Virus record (IMG/VR): IMGVR_UViG_3300045988_085990
Coordinates: 1 to 39,493 of that record
Direction: 5' to 3' (one strand)
DNA: 39,493 nt
From: a virus
Shown: one piece after another, positions 13,546-24,059 of the stretch
Layout: each line of letters opens with the position of its first letter
How positions within the stretch are numbered: position 1 is the first letter of the stretch
Position numbers and translations under genes: made by a program
The notes under the pieces: model-generated
Seen by the model: the letters and a program-made list of their open reading frames with translations, nothing else
The model's database searches: none
What the model was told of the DNA's origin: nothing

Positions 13546-16500
13546 TTACCTCCATTCATATTCAAATACTTACGTTGTTCCTGCTTCTTACTCTTACTAC
13601 GAGACTTCTGTGTCTCTTTCTGTTTCTTCTGTGCCTCCTCTACATCATTCGTCCCTGTCACTACCTTCTGAAGCATCTGAATTGGATTGCGAGAAGGTTT
13701 TGTCTCAGGACGTTTCGAGAAGCTATCCTGACTAATTTGTCCCTTGTGCATATCAAGCAAACCAGACAAAACGGCTTGAGTTCCTGCAAACTTATCCAGA
13801 GGGAACATATTCGCAATCGTCTTGCTGTCATCCTGATATACTCGATTATCTACTACAAGGTCATTTAAGGCACTCCATGCACTACCGACACCGTCTTTCA
13901 CGGTATTCAAAGCGGCCACAGCAGGAAGCTGATCTATGTAACTTCCAAGCCCCTGCGAAGAACCACCTTGTCGATTTACAGTAGTACGTACCGTAGGCGC
14001 ACCAGACACAGCTTCGTACAGGTCATTCCCAAAGGATAGCCCAGCCAACAGAGAAGACCTAGTGATACCAGCACGAGCAAAGTTGTCAGGGGTCAGTGTG
14101 TCGTCAAGGAACTTCTTACGTTCAGCTTCATCTTTGTATTTCCAGTTCGCATACACCTGAGTACGCAAGGCCCAAATGCCAGCACCAGCAACAGCAGAAC
14201 TTAACAGCTGTGTCATTGCTTCTTTGTCTGGACGTTCCAAGGCTCTCGCAAGGTGACTGTTAATAGCCATACGGGAGAAGTTCTTGAACTGAAGGAGCAT
14301 CGGGAACAGCCCTGTCTTCGTGAAGTAGTTAGCATTAGACAAGTTAGGCTGAATAATACCTCGCTGAACCGCCTGTGCTGTAAAGGCCCTCATGGAGACA
14401 TAAGAGGTGTAGTCTTCCTCCTGCATCTTCTGAATAGCCTTGAATACGGCATTGGGATCGTTATGGTCAAGGTTTCCAAAGTATTTGTTAATGGTGTCCT
14501 TGAACTTCCCTGTGTCTCTTACTCCTACATTCTTAAAGGCGTTTTCGTTGAACAGGTGTCCTCTGCGCCCCAATACAGCCCAGTCAATAAGGTCAGACAT
14601 AACATCCGCTTCACCCATACTAACTGCTCTTTCTGTCCATGCGCTCAACTGGTTTAGCATAGAGGTAATGTCAGAAGCATAATCTACAGCCGTATTCAGC
14701 TTACCCATGACCTTTGCACGGAGGCCAATACGGTCATACTTAGGTGTTGACAAATCCATAGGATTCAAGAAGTTATACTGTGAGTAGTCAGCGGCAATCC
14801 TGAGTTTCTTCAGCTCATCATGAGACAACGTAGTAGTACGCATCCCATGGAGAATTTTGTCTAACCCAGGAATCATGTTGCCAATAGCTCTCATACCAGT
14901 AACCGACATCATCCCAAAGTTTTCGCCTATCTGATTCAGACCCATATTGGAACCATTCATTGCATAGGACATCTTAGTTAGCAAGCGAACGACACCATTC
15001 ATAGGGTCTTGAGAGCGTTTCGTGCCGTAGCGATACCCAGTAAGCTGTGAGACAACATAGTCGAACTCTTCCAGTGAATCAGACACAGTGCTATGTTTAA
15101 TCAGCCTACGTGTCTCATTAGCCTTACGGAGTTCTCGTTCTATTTTGTCTCTGTAGCCATCAAAGAACGCTCCCATATCCTTGACACCAAGGGAAGCCAT
15201 GGTAGCCTTAGCCGAACTGCGATTTGCCACTTGTTCCATTGTGGAGAAGACATCGTAGTCTCTCAAACACTCATCAAAGGAGAAGTATTCCCCGTTGGGC
15301 ATTGTTTTGTCAGACAGTGCAGAAGTGTCCATGGGGAACCGTCTTTGATACTGCTCTAGCTTGTCCATGTGATTCAGGTCACGCATAGTAACCTTTGCAT
15401 TAGACAAATTACGGTCAATGATACCAAAGGCCCAATTACGAGCTTCTCTGTCTACGTACTCACTGAGTTCCATGTCAGGCTCTTCAATAACACGCATCCG
15501 TTCCAAGGCATCTCTATCAGCGTTCTTGCTGGCATAGTTAGCAAGCCAATCAATGGCATCCTGTTCAGAGTCAAAGTTCGTAAGGAACTCAGCTACTTTG
15601 TCTACATCAGCTCTGCGATAGAAGCCAGTGTCAGGAATATCCTTTGTCAAAGCTCCTGTTCTACGCAAGAACTCCTGCTCCATCTTACGGAAATTCTCAG
15701 CTTGTCTAACAGCTTCCTGAATCTCCTTCGGGAAACCCTCAATGCTTCTACCATACTTCACTTTCTGGTCATAAGCCTGAAGGAACTCCCTGCCAAACTG
15801 TCTACGTACTTTAGAGGGCATACCTGCATGTTGAGCAAAGTAGTCTCTGTAGCACTGCCTCATGCCCCCAATGTATTCTTTAAGCTGTCTCTGCATAACA
15901 CTCTTGCGAGTAGAGAAGTCCAAAGAAATACCTTGAGCATGACGCTCTGCACTTTGTCTAGGGTCGCCAAGCATCTTACGGCCAAAGTCTCTCAGATGGT
16001 TAGACACAGAGTTGGTAAAGTGACCGTAGGTATCACCAAGGTACTTAGAGTCTTCCATTTTACGGCCAATATATTTCATGACACGGCTCTTGAATCCTCG
16101 TTGATTTTCGTCTTCTACTTCTCTCAGTGTCTTTGAACCCATCTCGACATCACTAGTAAAAGCTTCCTGTTCGGCCTTAGACACTGTAGGCTGTTTGTCT
16201 TTCTTAGGTGTTACGTAGCGTTCTGAGACAACACGCTCTTCTGTACGAGGCATGGACATAGGAACACTTACAGGGTCATAGATTTCAGGATGTACAATGG
16301 CGTCATATACAGGGCTATTCTCTCTGACAACTGTACCATTGATAATAAGGGCATCTTCATTTTTCGTATACCCTACGCCAGACTCACGATACAAGATTTG
16401 TTTCAGTCCAACTCGTAAGTCATCAATAGGAACATCTTCACCCTTTGTCTTCTTAATCCAATCCTGCAAGGCACTGGCCTTCTTATCATCCTGCAAGGCT

Positions 16501-18095
16501 TCTTCTGCCAGTTTCACACGATTTACACCTGCTTCAGGGTTTGCTCCCTTGCTAGTGAGGTAAGCGTTCCATGTGCTATCAGACATTGGAGTCTTTCGAT
16601 ACTTTTCAACGGCCTTGCGTACCTTAGCACCTAAAGAAGGAATACTTCCTGCTTTTTGCAAGAGGTCGGTGACTGTAGCGTCTCCAGATAACCCTGCATC
16701 TCTCAGGAGCTTCGAGGCCTTCTTCCCTACTACTTTCTCTACATCTTCTTCAGGAAGCAGTTTGCCAAGGGATTTACCTAAAGCCTTACTTTCCTTTTTA
16801 GACAAAGTAGGAGTTCCACCTAAGAAGTCATCGAGCTGTTTCTCTATGGAAGCCTCCGTAGTGTTTAAGAGGCTATGTGTCTGCATCGCTCTTTTGTCTG
16901 CAATATCCAAAGCACCCTGCACGGCCTGATCCTGCATCCTTTCGGATTGATAAAGGAACCGTTGCATATGTTCACCATTCATAGGAACCTTCAGTTCCCT
17001 CATGGTACGGAGGAAGCGGACACCCGCCCCACCTGCTGTACCTAAGACACCTGCTACTGCGTAGTTGGCCTCATGGATTCCATAGCGTTCTGCCAGTCCA
17101 CTGTCGGCCATATTCAAAGCCCCTTGTACAGCGGCGGACTCAGCAATCTTCATGATACGTTTAGCACCTAAAGACACAAGAGCTTTAGACCCCAGTCGCG
17201 CACCTACCTTTACTAAAAAGGCTTCTTCACCAACAAACGGGATGAGATTAATAGGGTCTAATAGCATCCCCAAGGCTCCACCAATAACCGAGTGAAGACC
17301 AAAGTTAGTTTGTTCTGCCCTCTTCTCTCGCTCTATGTCTTCTTTCTTCATCTTCAGAAGAGCCTTGAACTGCTCAGGATTTTCAGCATTTAACAGTACG
17401 GAATCCTTTGCTACCTTGTTGTCCCCTAAGACTTCATCAAGTAGCTTTATGTCTTCGTCTGTAGCCTTCCATGTGCTGTAGTAGGGGTTAGAGTTCATCT
17501 TAGCCAGCCCGACACGCATAGCCGCAATCGTACCATTTTCATACCACATATTCTTGAATGAGTCTTCCAGCTTTTCCAAGAATGGTCTGTTATTCATCCT
17601 AGCGATTTCCAGAGGAGTTTCATCAAGAATGACATTAAAGGCAGGATTTCCTGTAGTGTGTACTCCACTATTTGCTACAGCATTAGCCATACCTCCAAAC
17701 GTAGGTACTGCCTGACCCATACTTTCAGCAATTTCTCTTGCATAGGAAGCCTGTGAAGGGTACTCGTCCCCATTGCTCCATTCAGCATTTTCTGGTATGT
17801 GTCCCGTTCTCATAGCTTCATCAGCTGCCCCCATACCTCCATAGTGTTCCAGAGCCATCAACTGAATATTACCCCCATAGCGGTCGTACATCTCAGAGGT
17901 CTTTTCATACATGACGGCATCCTGAACCTCAGCAGGAGCGTTCATCGGAGCCACCCCAACATACTCAGGAGCTACTTTTGCGGCATAGGCATCCCAAGTA
18001 CCCTGCATGAACTGATATGCACCTGAAGCACCTGAACCACTTGAATTAGGTAGCGTGTAGTCCATGCCAGACTCTTTGTTGCCTATGTTATACAT
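13539..18095 (-). CDS. Internal virion protein, T7 gp16-like, with N-terminal lytic transglycosylase motif (1518 aa; start uncertain)
   Basis: SLT-type KES...GAYQFMQGTW lies at the N-terminus. Size and position are as for gp16. The only strong SD is 35 nt upstream of the ATG. Confidence 0.88.
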   Translation of the reverse strand: MYNIGNKESGMDYTLPNSSGSGASGAYQFMQGTWDAYAAKVAPEYVGVAPMNAPAEVQDAVMYEKTSEMYDRYGGNIQLMALEHYGGMGAADEAMRTGHIPENAEWSNGDEYPSQASYAREIAESMGQAVPTFGGMANAVANSGVHTTGNPAFNVILDETPLEIARMNNRPFLEKLEDSFKNMWYENGTIAAMRVGLAKMNSNPYYSTWKATDEDIKLLDEVLGDNKVAKDSVLLNAENPEQFKALLKMKKEDIEREKRAEQTNFGLHSVIGGALGMLLDPINLIPFVGEEAFLVKVGARLGSKALVSLGAKRIMKIAESAAVQGALNMADSGLAERYGIHEANYAVAGVLGTAGGAGVRFLRTMRELKVPMNGEHMQRFLYQSERMQDQAVQGALDIADKRAMQTHSLLNTTEASIEKQLDDFLGGTPTLSKKESKALGKSLGKLLPEEDVEKVVGKKASKLLRDAGLSGDATVTDLLQKAGSIPSLGAKVRKAVEKYRKTPMSDSTWNAYLTSKGANPEAGVNRVKLAEEALQDDKKASALQDWIKKTKGEDVPIDDLRVGLKQILYRESGVGYTKNEDALIINGTVVRENSPVYDAIVHPEIYDPVSVPMSMPRTEERVVSERYVTPKKDKQPTVSKAEQEAFTSDVEMGSKTLREVEDENQRGFKSRVMKYIGRKMEDSKYLGDTYGHFTNSVSNHLRDFGRKMLGDPRQSAERHAQGISLDFSTRKSVMQRQLKEYIGGMRQCYRDYFAQHAGMPSKVRRQFGREFLQAYDQKVKYGRSIEGFPKEIQEAVRQAENFRKMEQEFLRRTGALTKDIPDTGFYRRADVDKVAEFLTNFDSEQDAIDWLANYASKNADRDALERMRVIEEPDMELSEYVDREARNWAFGIIDRNLSNAKVTMRDLNHMDKLEQYQRRFPMDTSALSDKTMPNGEYFSFDECLRDYDVFSTMEQVANRSSAKATMASLGVKDMGAFFDGYRDKIERELRKANETRRLIKHSTVSDSLEEFDYVVSQLTGYRYGTKRSQDPMNGVVRLLTKMSYAMNGSNMGLNQIGENFGMMSVTGMRAIGNMIPGLDKILHGMRTTTLSHDELKKLRIAADYSQYNFLNPMDLSTPKYDRIGLRAKVMGKLNTAVDYASDITSMLNQLSAWTERAVSMGEADVMSDLIDWAVLGRRGHLFNENAFKNVGVRDTGKFKDTINKYFGNLDHNDPNAVFKAIQKMQEEDYTSYVSMRAFTAQAVQRGIIQPNLSNANYFTKTGLFPMLLQFKNFSRMAINSHLARALERPDKEAMTQLLSSAVAGAGIWALRTQVYANWKYKDEAERKKFLDDTLTPDNFARAGITRSSLLAGLSFGNDLYEAVSGAPTVRTTVNRQGGSSQGLGSYIDQLPAVAALNTVKDGVGSAWSALNDLVVDNRVYQDDSKTIANMFPLDKFAGTQAVLSGLLDMHKGQISQDSFSKRPETKPSRNPIQMLQKVVTGTNDVEEAQKKQKETQKSRSKSKKQEQRKYLNMNGGKW

Positions 18096-18141
18096 AAACT
18101 GTGCTATTGTCTCTTTTCTGCCTATTTAAGACACCTCCTTT

Positions 18142-20397
18142 CTAACCAAACGCCCTGCGAATATAATCACCAACAGAACTCTGCCAAGAGGAATCCCCTG
18201 GGTCTACGTACTGAGAAGTTTCTGTGTACTTATATGTTGGTGTGTCTTCTTCTTTACTACTCGTTTCTTCCGCAGGCGGGTCGTATGTCTGATTGCCAGA
18301 CTGCTCTAAGTTCGCCTTTGCTTCAGACACAATATCGCTGAGAGCTACCTGTTGATAACCACGAGAAGACAAAAATGTCACCATAGAACTACCATTTGCA
18401 TTACCTGCTACAAAACTGACTTGTACGTCATCGGGATTCACTGTGCCACCACAGTAATCTTTCATACGAGTAGCCAGTACCCAATAGAAGGCAGAACGAG
18501 ATGTGTCTTCGTCCGTACCACCAATGTTTACTAAATTGACAGCACTCTTAGGAATCGGAGCACCATTGAATACGTAATACTCACTAGCAATCTTATACTT
18601 CGCATTATCGCAAGCATCATTCGCAGACATGCCCATAGCCCGAAAGACACGAGCATGACTTCTAAACAGCTCCCGTAAGTCACCTGAGTTAGGATTTGCA
18701 TAAGAGAAGCCTTCGTAAGTATCACCGCCAGCCAGAGGAGGCAAGGAAGAACCAGACAAAGTGTCTTCTATATAAGGAGCTAAGTCGGCGTCTACCTGCT
18801 TCAACTGCTCAGAATTACCTAAGATATTGCGAACACCCATGAATTTGTCTACACCCTCATTGGCAATACAAGCAATAGAAGCCTTTAAGGTGTCTTCAGA
18901 CAAAAGGGAGTTACAAAGCTCAGGAGAACGTTTGTATAGGTCAACTACACGCTGAAGCATAGGAGACATCTCGCCATTGACGGTCAAGCTATTTATACCT
19001 GCCGTAGCGTTGAGATTAGTCGAGCGAGAAAAGGCATTGTGGAAGGCAGGATGATAAGCAAGACGCATAAGCTTTGCCATATCGTTCGGATTGTCATAAT
19101 TCAATGTTCCGATTGCTTCATCTACTGCCAGTAACATCTGTGTCTCATTGAAACCTAAAGCCTTATACTGTTCAGAAGAAGTGGCAATACCGTTGCCCAT
19201 AGCATCCTGTGTCTGTCCATTCATGACAGCTTCAATCTGTGCCTTCATATTCATATTGCCTACCTGAGCTTTTGTTGCGCTTGCGGCGGCGGCTCTCTCA
19301 ATGTTCCTCTGCGCTCTTTGTTCAGCCTCAATAGCAGACAAGCGTCCAGACACAAAGTCAGCGGCAATCTGTTTGTCTTCGGGATTCTCAAGGCCATCTA
19401 CAATAGCGAATAGAGACTTTTTGTCTTTCGCCGTTGACATCTTATCATAGACATCTCGTGTCCTCTGCATCCAGTGTGTCCTATTGGATTCATTGGCAAC
19501 ATCTTTAAATTGTTCTACGTTGATGTAGTCACTGACCTTCGTTGCTCCACCATACAGCGGTGTCTCCCCAATTTTCTGAATCAGTGAGTAGTCCCCTGTG
19601 TTCATAGCTACCGTCTTCAGCATATTCTGGAGAATCTGATAGTTCTTTGTCGGGTCACGCTCCTGTGTCGTGGTAAGCATGTTTCCTAATTGATTTGCAA
19701 AGTTCTCTCTATCCTCATCTGTCCAGTTCCAGCGATTGCGTGTGTTCTCCGAGACAAAAGAGGCGATAGATTCTGAACGATTAATAGACATTTCTTCTGT
19801 CTTTTCTGCAATGAACTTACTGGCTACCTTACCCGTATTCACAACACGGGATTCATACAAGCCATTGTTCAGAGCATACTTATTGTTTACCGTGATATTG
19901 TCCAGATATTTCTGAACGTTCTCATTGAAGAAGTCATCGTAGTTCTGAATTTCCTTCCCTAAATTTTCGGGAAGTTTCATCTGAGACACATATGCCTCGT
20001 ACTTCTTGTGGACTTCTGACGAGATTTCCTGCCCTCTCAACTGGTCTACCATGGCAAGGGCATAAGGGTTATCTTGCAAATCACCAATACCTGCCTGTTG
20101 AAGCATGGCAATACTATTCATCGTAAGCCGAGTATTATGATCGTTCTGACCGTAAAGAATAGGGACAACTTTGTCTGCAATCTCTCTTTGTCGCTTATCA
20201 TAATCTACTTGATACTGCTCCACAGCCGCACTGAGAACACCAAGGGAACGGGCTAAAGCCGCACCCTGTGTTGTTTCAGAAGCCCCGACGTTATCCCCAA
20301 AGCGAGGGAGGATAAGCTGACGTTGATAAGTCTGTGGGGGCTGTTGTGTGAACTGCCTAGCAGTCCCTATCGCATTACTGGTTTGTGTTGTGGACAT
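18142..20397 (-). CDS. Internal virion protein, gp15-like (751 aa)
   Basis: Size (T7 gp15 is 747 aa) and synteny between the gp14-like and gp16-like genes. The SD lies in the end of the upstream gene. Confidence 0.8.
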   Translation of the reverse strand: MSTTQTSNAIGTARQFTQQPPQTYQRQLILPRFGDNVGASETTQGAALARSLGVLSAAVEQYQVDYDKRQREIADKVVPILYGQNDHNTRLTMNSIAMLQQAGIGDLQDNPYALAMVDQLRGQEISSEVHKKYEAYVSQMKLPENLGKEIQNYDDFFNENVQKYLDNITVNNKYALNNGLYESRVVNTGKVASKFIAEKTEEMSINRSESIASFVSENTRNRWNWTDEDRENFANQLGNMLTTTQERDPTKNYQILQNMLKTVAMNTGDYSLIQKIGETPLYGGATKVSDYINVEQFKDVANESNRTHWMQRTRDVYDKMSTAKDKKSLFAIVDGLENPEDKQIAADFVSGRLSAIEAEQRAQRNIERAAAASATKAQVGNMNMKAQIEAVMNGQTQDAMGNGIATSSEQYKALGFNETQMLLAVDEAIGTLNYDNPNDMAKLMRLAYHPAFHNAFSRSTNLNATAGINSLTVNGEMSPMLQRVVDLYKRSPELCNSLLSEDTLKASIACIANEGVDKFMGVRNILGNSEQLKQVDADLAPYIEDTLSGSSLPPLAGGDTYEGFSYANPNSGDLRELFRSHARVFRAMGMSANDACDNAKYKIASEYYVFNGAPIPKSAVNLVNIGGTDEDTSRSAFYWVLATRMKDYCGGTVNPDDVQVSFVAGNANGSSMVTFLSSRGYQQVALSDIVSEAKANLEQSGNQTYDPPAEETSSKEEDTPTYKYTETSQYVDPGDSSWQSSVGDYIRRAFG

Positions 20398-21102
20398 TTA
20401 CCACCCTCCTTTCGGATATGTCCATGTCATAGGGAATGTATTTGTATACGTAGGAAGATTAAAGTGATACTGGTAGTTGTTACGATATGCATAGGGATTT
20501 GTGTCGTATCTATTCTGTGCTCTCCACCACGTATCTAATCCCATCCCCTGTGACTGAGCAGAGTTCAATGCGTTCTGATAGGAGTTATATACGTTCAGTG
20601 TACCCCCTGCAATATTACCCAGCAAAGACAAATAACTTGGCATCTGCGGGGCCTGAGCCTTAATGTTCGCAATCTCATCCATAGCCGAACGTTTAGCCAT
20701 CTCTTTGTTGAGACTGATTTCATCTGACTGTCGTTCATAGACATCTTTGATACCTGACAGAGTTCTCAAGGTATCCGCATGAGCCGCTCTCTGCAAAGCT
20801 CTACCAGTACGGGAATCACCACCCGTTTCTTCATTGATAGCCGCGCGTACAGAAGATTCCAGACCGAGAGCGTTTGTCTGTACCTTCATAAGACTATTCA
20901 CAGCAGAATCAAAAGCATCCACACGCTGTAATTCATAATTTTGGAAAGTATACGCTAAGTTCTTGCCTACTGCATGTGCTCGCTGAGACAAGGCCCTCGC
21001 TTGTGCTTTTGCATTTTCTCTTTGGTCTTTCCAAGACATATAGTTCCCAACTAGATTTAAACCTAGCTGTGTCGCTCCCATAGCAGTTGAAGCAAAACCC
21101 AT
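20398..21102 (-). CDS. Internal virion protein, gp14-like (234 aa)
   Basis: The N-terminal hydrophobic segment and Q/A-rich helical region resemble T7 gp14. Synteny after tail tubular protein B. Confidence 0.7.
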   Translation of the reverse strand: MGFASTAMGATQLGLNLVGNYMSWKDQRENAKAQARALSQRAHAVGKNLAYTFQNYELQRVDAFDSAVNSLMKVQTNALGLESSVRAAINEETGGDSRTGRALQRAAHADTLRTLSGIKDVYERQSDEISLNKEMAKRSAMDEIANIKAQAPQMPSYLSLLGNIAGGTLNVYNSYQNALNSAQSQGMGLDTWWRAQNRYDTNPYAYRNNYQYHFNLPTYTNTFPMTWTYPKGGW

Positions 21103-21116
21103 AGAATCACCTCCTA

Positions 21117-23435
21117 TTAAACATTCTTGAATCGAGCTGTGTAATTAGCTTCATACCCACCTCCAATGAGAGACAAAGGAAGCGGAGTGTCATTGATTAC
21201 CTTAATAACTGTGTCTACATTGCGTTTTCGTACAGGAACCTTAAATGTCCCTGTTCCAAACCCAGATGTACCCAGTTTATACAAAGAAGCACGTTTGTTT
21301 GTCAAAATATACTGGTATTTATCATTCACGATTACTTTCATGTATCCTGACTCTGCATAGTCAAAGAATACTGTACGGAGCATCAAGCGATAATCAGGTG
21401 AAGATACTGTAGAGCCTTGCTGGTCTTTCTCCTTCAGGTAGATAGTAGACAAAGTCATTTCAAAGGTGTAGGGAATACCCACGATAACCTTATGACCAAA
21501 GTCTACACTATCATCTTTCAACAACTTTAGTGTCGTTGTGTCTGACTCAAATAGAAGACCATCCTCTGTAACACACTGAACAATACCAGACAAACCCTTG
21601 AAGACCTTATCAACATTCAGGTACAAATAACCATCCTGTTTGTCTTCACAGTTATCTGTCGTCAGTGTTACTTCTGTCTTTCTGTCAAGCATTACTCTGA
21701 ACTGCTCAGTTTCTCTGTAGTCCTCTGTATTATAGCTCATTGTGATAGATTCCAAGTATACGTCATTATTCGCATACTTTACTGCCATATACAAGGTAGA
21801 GCCTATGAAGTCAGCCCCTAAGATTTCACCTGCGAATTTCCATTTAGACCATGCACTTTGCACCCGATTCCCATTCAAGTAAAGATACTTATAGACATAT
21901 ATGGCATTGGGTTCCGCTGTAGTCAGTGATAAAAGCAAATTGTCATTGGAGCTACCTGTCATTTTGTACACATCATTGGGGATATAATAAGGAATATGCG
22001 CTGTCACATCTTCGGCATCTTTGGTGTCGGTATAGTATTGTGCTACTCGATACTCATTTACAGACGCAAAATCTGCCCTCTTAGAGACAAAGTACACAGA
22101 GTTACCTGCGCCAACAGGGACTACATCTGTGTCTGAAGTGAACTCAGTAATGTTGTCTAATCGAGCGTTCTTAGGAGACAAAGTACCATCTGAAGTCAGA
22201 GCAAACTGTGTCTGCCCTGAGAATATGTACAGTGAACCTGAGAAGGGAATAGCGTTATACAAAATGGATACTTTATTGTTTGGTGCATTAGTGTCTATGG
22301 GGTCATCATCCTGCACATCGACTACACTATCCATCCAGAAATTGAATAAGTCAGAGGAAGAAGACAAAATGATATTCTCTCCAGACAAAAATCCTAGACG
22401 GTTCCGATAGAAAAACAAGTCATTAATGGTATTGTTGATAAAAGAAGGTACTTCATTTGAATCCTCATCCCCTGTCTTACGGGGTTCCCATTCGAGGGGC
22501 TTGAAGACAAATGTACCATCTGCCTTACGTATCAAGGCGTGTGGCATTGTTGTGTTATCTATGGTGTTGTCAATTCCAGTCTTTACGGTTTCCTTCCAGA
22601 GATTCTCAGAAGCAGAGTATTTGACATAGTAGTCGTCATCCGCATTAGATTCCCCACGAACCGCTACGGTATAGCCGTCTGGAGCTGAAGCAGGCAAGTT
22701 AGTGAATTTGTCGATGTAGGTAGTAATACCTACTAAACCAAGATTGTTAAGACCGTCTTGCGTTCTTACACTCGTAATGTTTCCATGAACTCTCAACCAT
22801 GAACTACCTAGGTCTACTGTCCACCCCTTATCGCGAAGCCGCGCGGTGAGTGTTTCACAAATATAGTCTGTTGTGATCTCCTTCACGTGCCTTGCCTCTC
22901 CCCCATCAGGAGTTTCGTAACCGACTTCATCCTCCCCATTTAGCCACACGCGGTACTTTCTACCATACTGCCCCTGTTTGACATTAAGGAGACACCCCTG
23001 TGAGGCCATTGTGTCTTCTGTCTTATTTCCAGACATCCTAGCTTTGACCGTTTTATTTAAGACAAAGGTATAGTCAGCAACAGTGACAACTCTAAGTTGA
23101 GTGTATGGCTTTGTGAGATTGTCTATATAATTTGCATCCTGCATCTCCACTTGTTTCTCTACACCATCCAGAGTAAAGACACGAATTTTTCCTGAAGAGA
23201 TAAGCATGATGTATCTTTCTGTCTCATCACGATTAATTAAATGTACATAGTACGGAACACCTTCAGCCGTAAATAATTTTCCATGGTTTATAGTCGGGGG
23301 TCTTTTCTGAAGTCCTCCTGCTTCTGTACTGTAGCCGTTAATCTGCTCCTCTAGCTGTGCGGCGTGTCGTAAGCGAGGTGACTGCTGGGATACTCCACCG
23401 ACAAAATTATCAATTCTCTGTGTTACGTTACTCAT
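21117..23435 (-). CDS. Tail tubular protein B, gp12-like (772 aa)
   Basis: Size (T7 gp12 is 794 aa), synteny and an ATGA overlap with the gp11-like gene. Confidence 0.85.
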   Translation of the reverse strand: MSNVTQRIDNFVGGVSQQSPRLRHAAQLEEQINGYSTEAGGLQKRPPTINHGKLFTAEGVPYYVHLINRDETERYIMLISSGKIRVFTLDGVEKQVEMQDANYIDNLTKPYTQLRVVTVADYTFVLNKTVKARMSGNKTEDTMASQGCLLNVKQGQYGRKYRVWLNGEDEVGYETPDGGEARHVKEITTDYICETLTARLRDKGWTVDLGSSWLRVHGNITSVRTQDGLNNLGLVGITTYIDKFTNLPASAPDGYTVAVRGESNADDDYYVKYSASENLWKETVKTGIDNTIDNTTMPHALIRKADGTFVFKPLEWEPRKTGDEDSNEVPSFINNTINDLFFYRNRLGFLSGENIILSSSSDLFNFWMDSVVDVQDDDPIDTNAPNNKVSILYNAIPFSGSLYIFSGQTQFALTSDGTLSPKNARLDNITEFTSDTDVVPVGAGNSVYFVSKRADFASVNEYRVAQYYTDTKDAEDVTAHIPYYIPNDVYKMTGSSNDNLLLSLTTAEPNAIYVYKYLYLNGNRVQSAWSKWKFAGEILGADFIGSTLYMAVKYANNDVYLESITMSYNTEDYRETEQFRVMLDRKTEVTLTTDNCEDKQDGYLYLNVDKVFKGLSGIVQCVTEDGLLFESDTTTLKLLKDDSVDFGHKVIVGIPYTFEMTLSTIYLKEKDQQGSTVSSPDYRLMLRTVFFDYAESGYMKVIVNDKYQYILTNKRASLYKLGTSGFGTGTFKVPVRKRNVDTVIKVINDTPLPLSLIGGGYEANYTARFKNV

Positions 23436-23995
23436 CGTGTTCCCACCTCAGTTACAGACGTATTATTGAAGACATTCGGTTTCTGTGTGTCTAACTCGTA
23501 GGTCATAACATCTGCGTATGCTTTAGCAAGCTCTGTATTAAGGGACTGCTCTAACTCTGCGTCTCCTAGAAAACGAGTAGCGAAAGACAAAGAAGCCCTT
23601 ACGGTTACATATTTACGAAAGACAGCTGGTAGTTCTTCAAAGGGTAGTTCTTGTACTACATTAGTAAGCACAAGATTTCCCGTGAACTTATCCGTATAAT
23701 CAGACACATTGAAAAAGAAACCCCCACGGTTCCTATAAGTATTCGGTACTCTCAACAGTGAGGTGTCCCATTTTATACGCCCTGTGTTTACGTCAGGACT
23801 CAATGTAAGTGTAGGAATTGTATTGAAGTCCCAACCTTCTTGCTGTATTTCCTGACTTACAGCTTTCAACATTTTGTCTGCTACAGAAGCGTCAATGTTT
23901 TGCTCAATCTCCTCCAAAGTGACAACACCGTCGGAACCAATAGAGGTCAGAATTTCGTTGACGGCATCTAGTTCAGTCAAAGGTGTAATAATCAT
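23432..23995 (-). CDS. Tail tubular protein A, gp11-like (187 aa)
   Basis: The N-terminus (LTELDAVNEILTSIG...TLEE) resembles T7 gp11. Size and synteny fit. Confidence 0.85.
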   Translation of the reverse strand: MIITPLTELDAVNEILTSIGSDGVVTLEEIEQNIDASVADKMLKAVSQEIQQEGWDFNTIPTLTLSPDVNTGRIKWDTSLLRVPNTYRNRGGFFFNVSDYTDKFTGNLVLTNVVQELPFEELPAVFRKYVTVRASLSFATRFLGDAELEQSLNTELAKAYADVMTYELDTQKPNVFNNTSVTEVGTR

Positions 23996-24009
23996 TGTAA
24001 GCCTCCATA

Positions 24010-24046
24010 ATAATAAAAATAAGAGGGAGTTCCTAAGAACCCCCTC
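24010..24046 (-). terminator. Hairpin plus U-tract terminator just after the major capsid gene (analogue of T7 T-phi)
   Basis: RNA sense reads GAGGGGGTTC-TTAG-GAACTCCCTC, a 10-bp stem with one G.U pair, followed by TTATTTTTATTATT. Confidence 0.8.
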
Positions 24047-24059
24047 AACAAATCACCTA

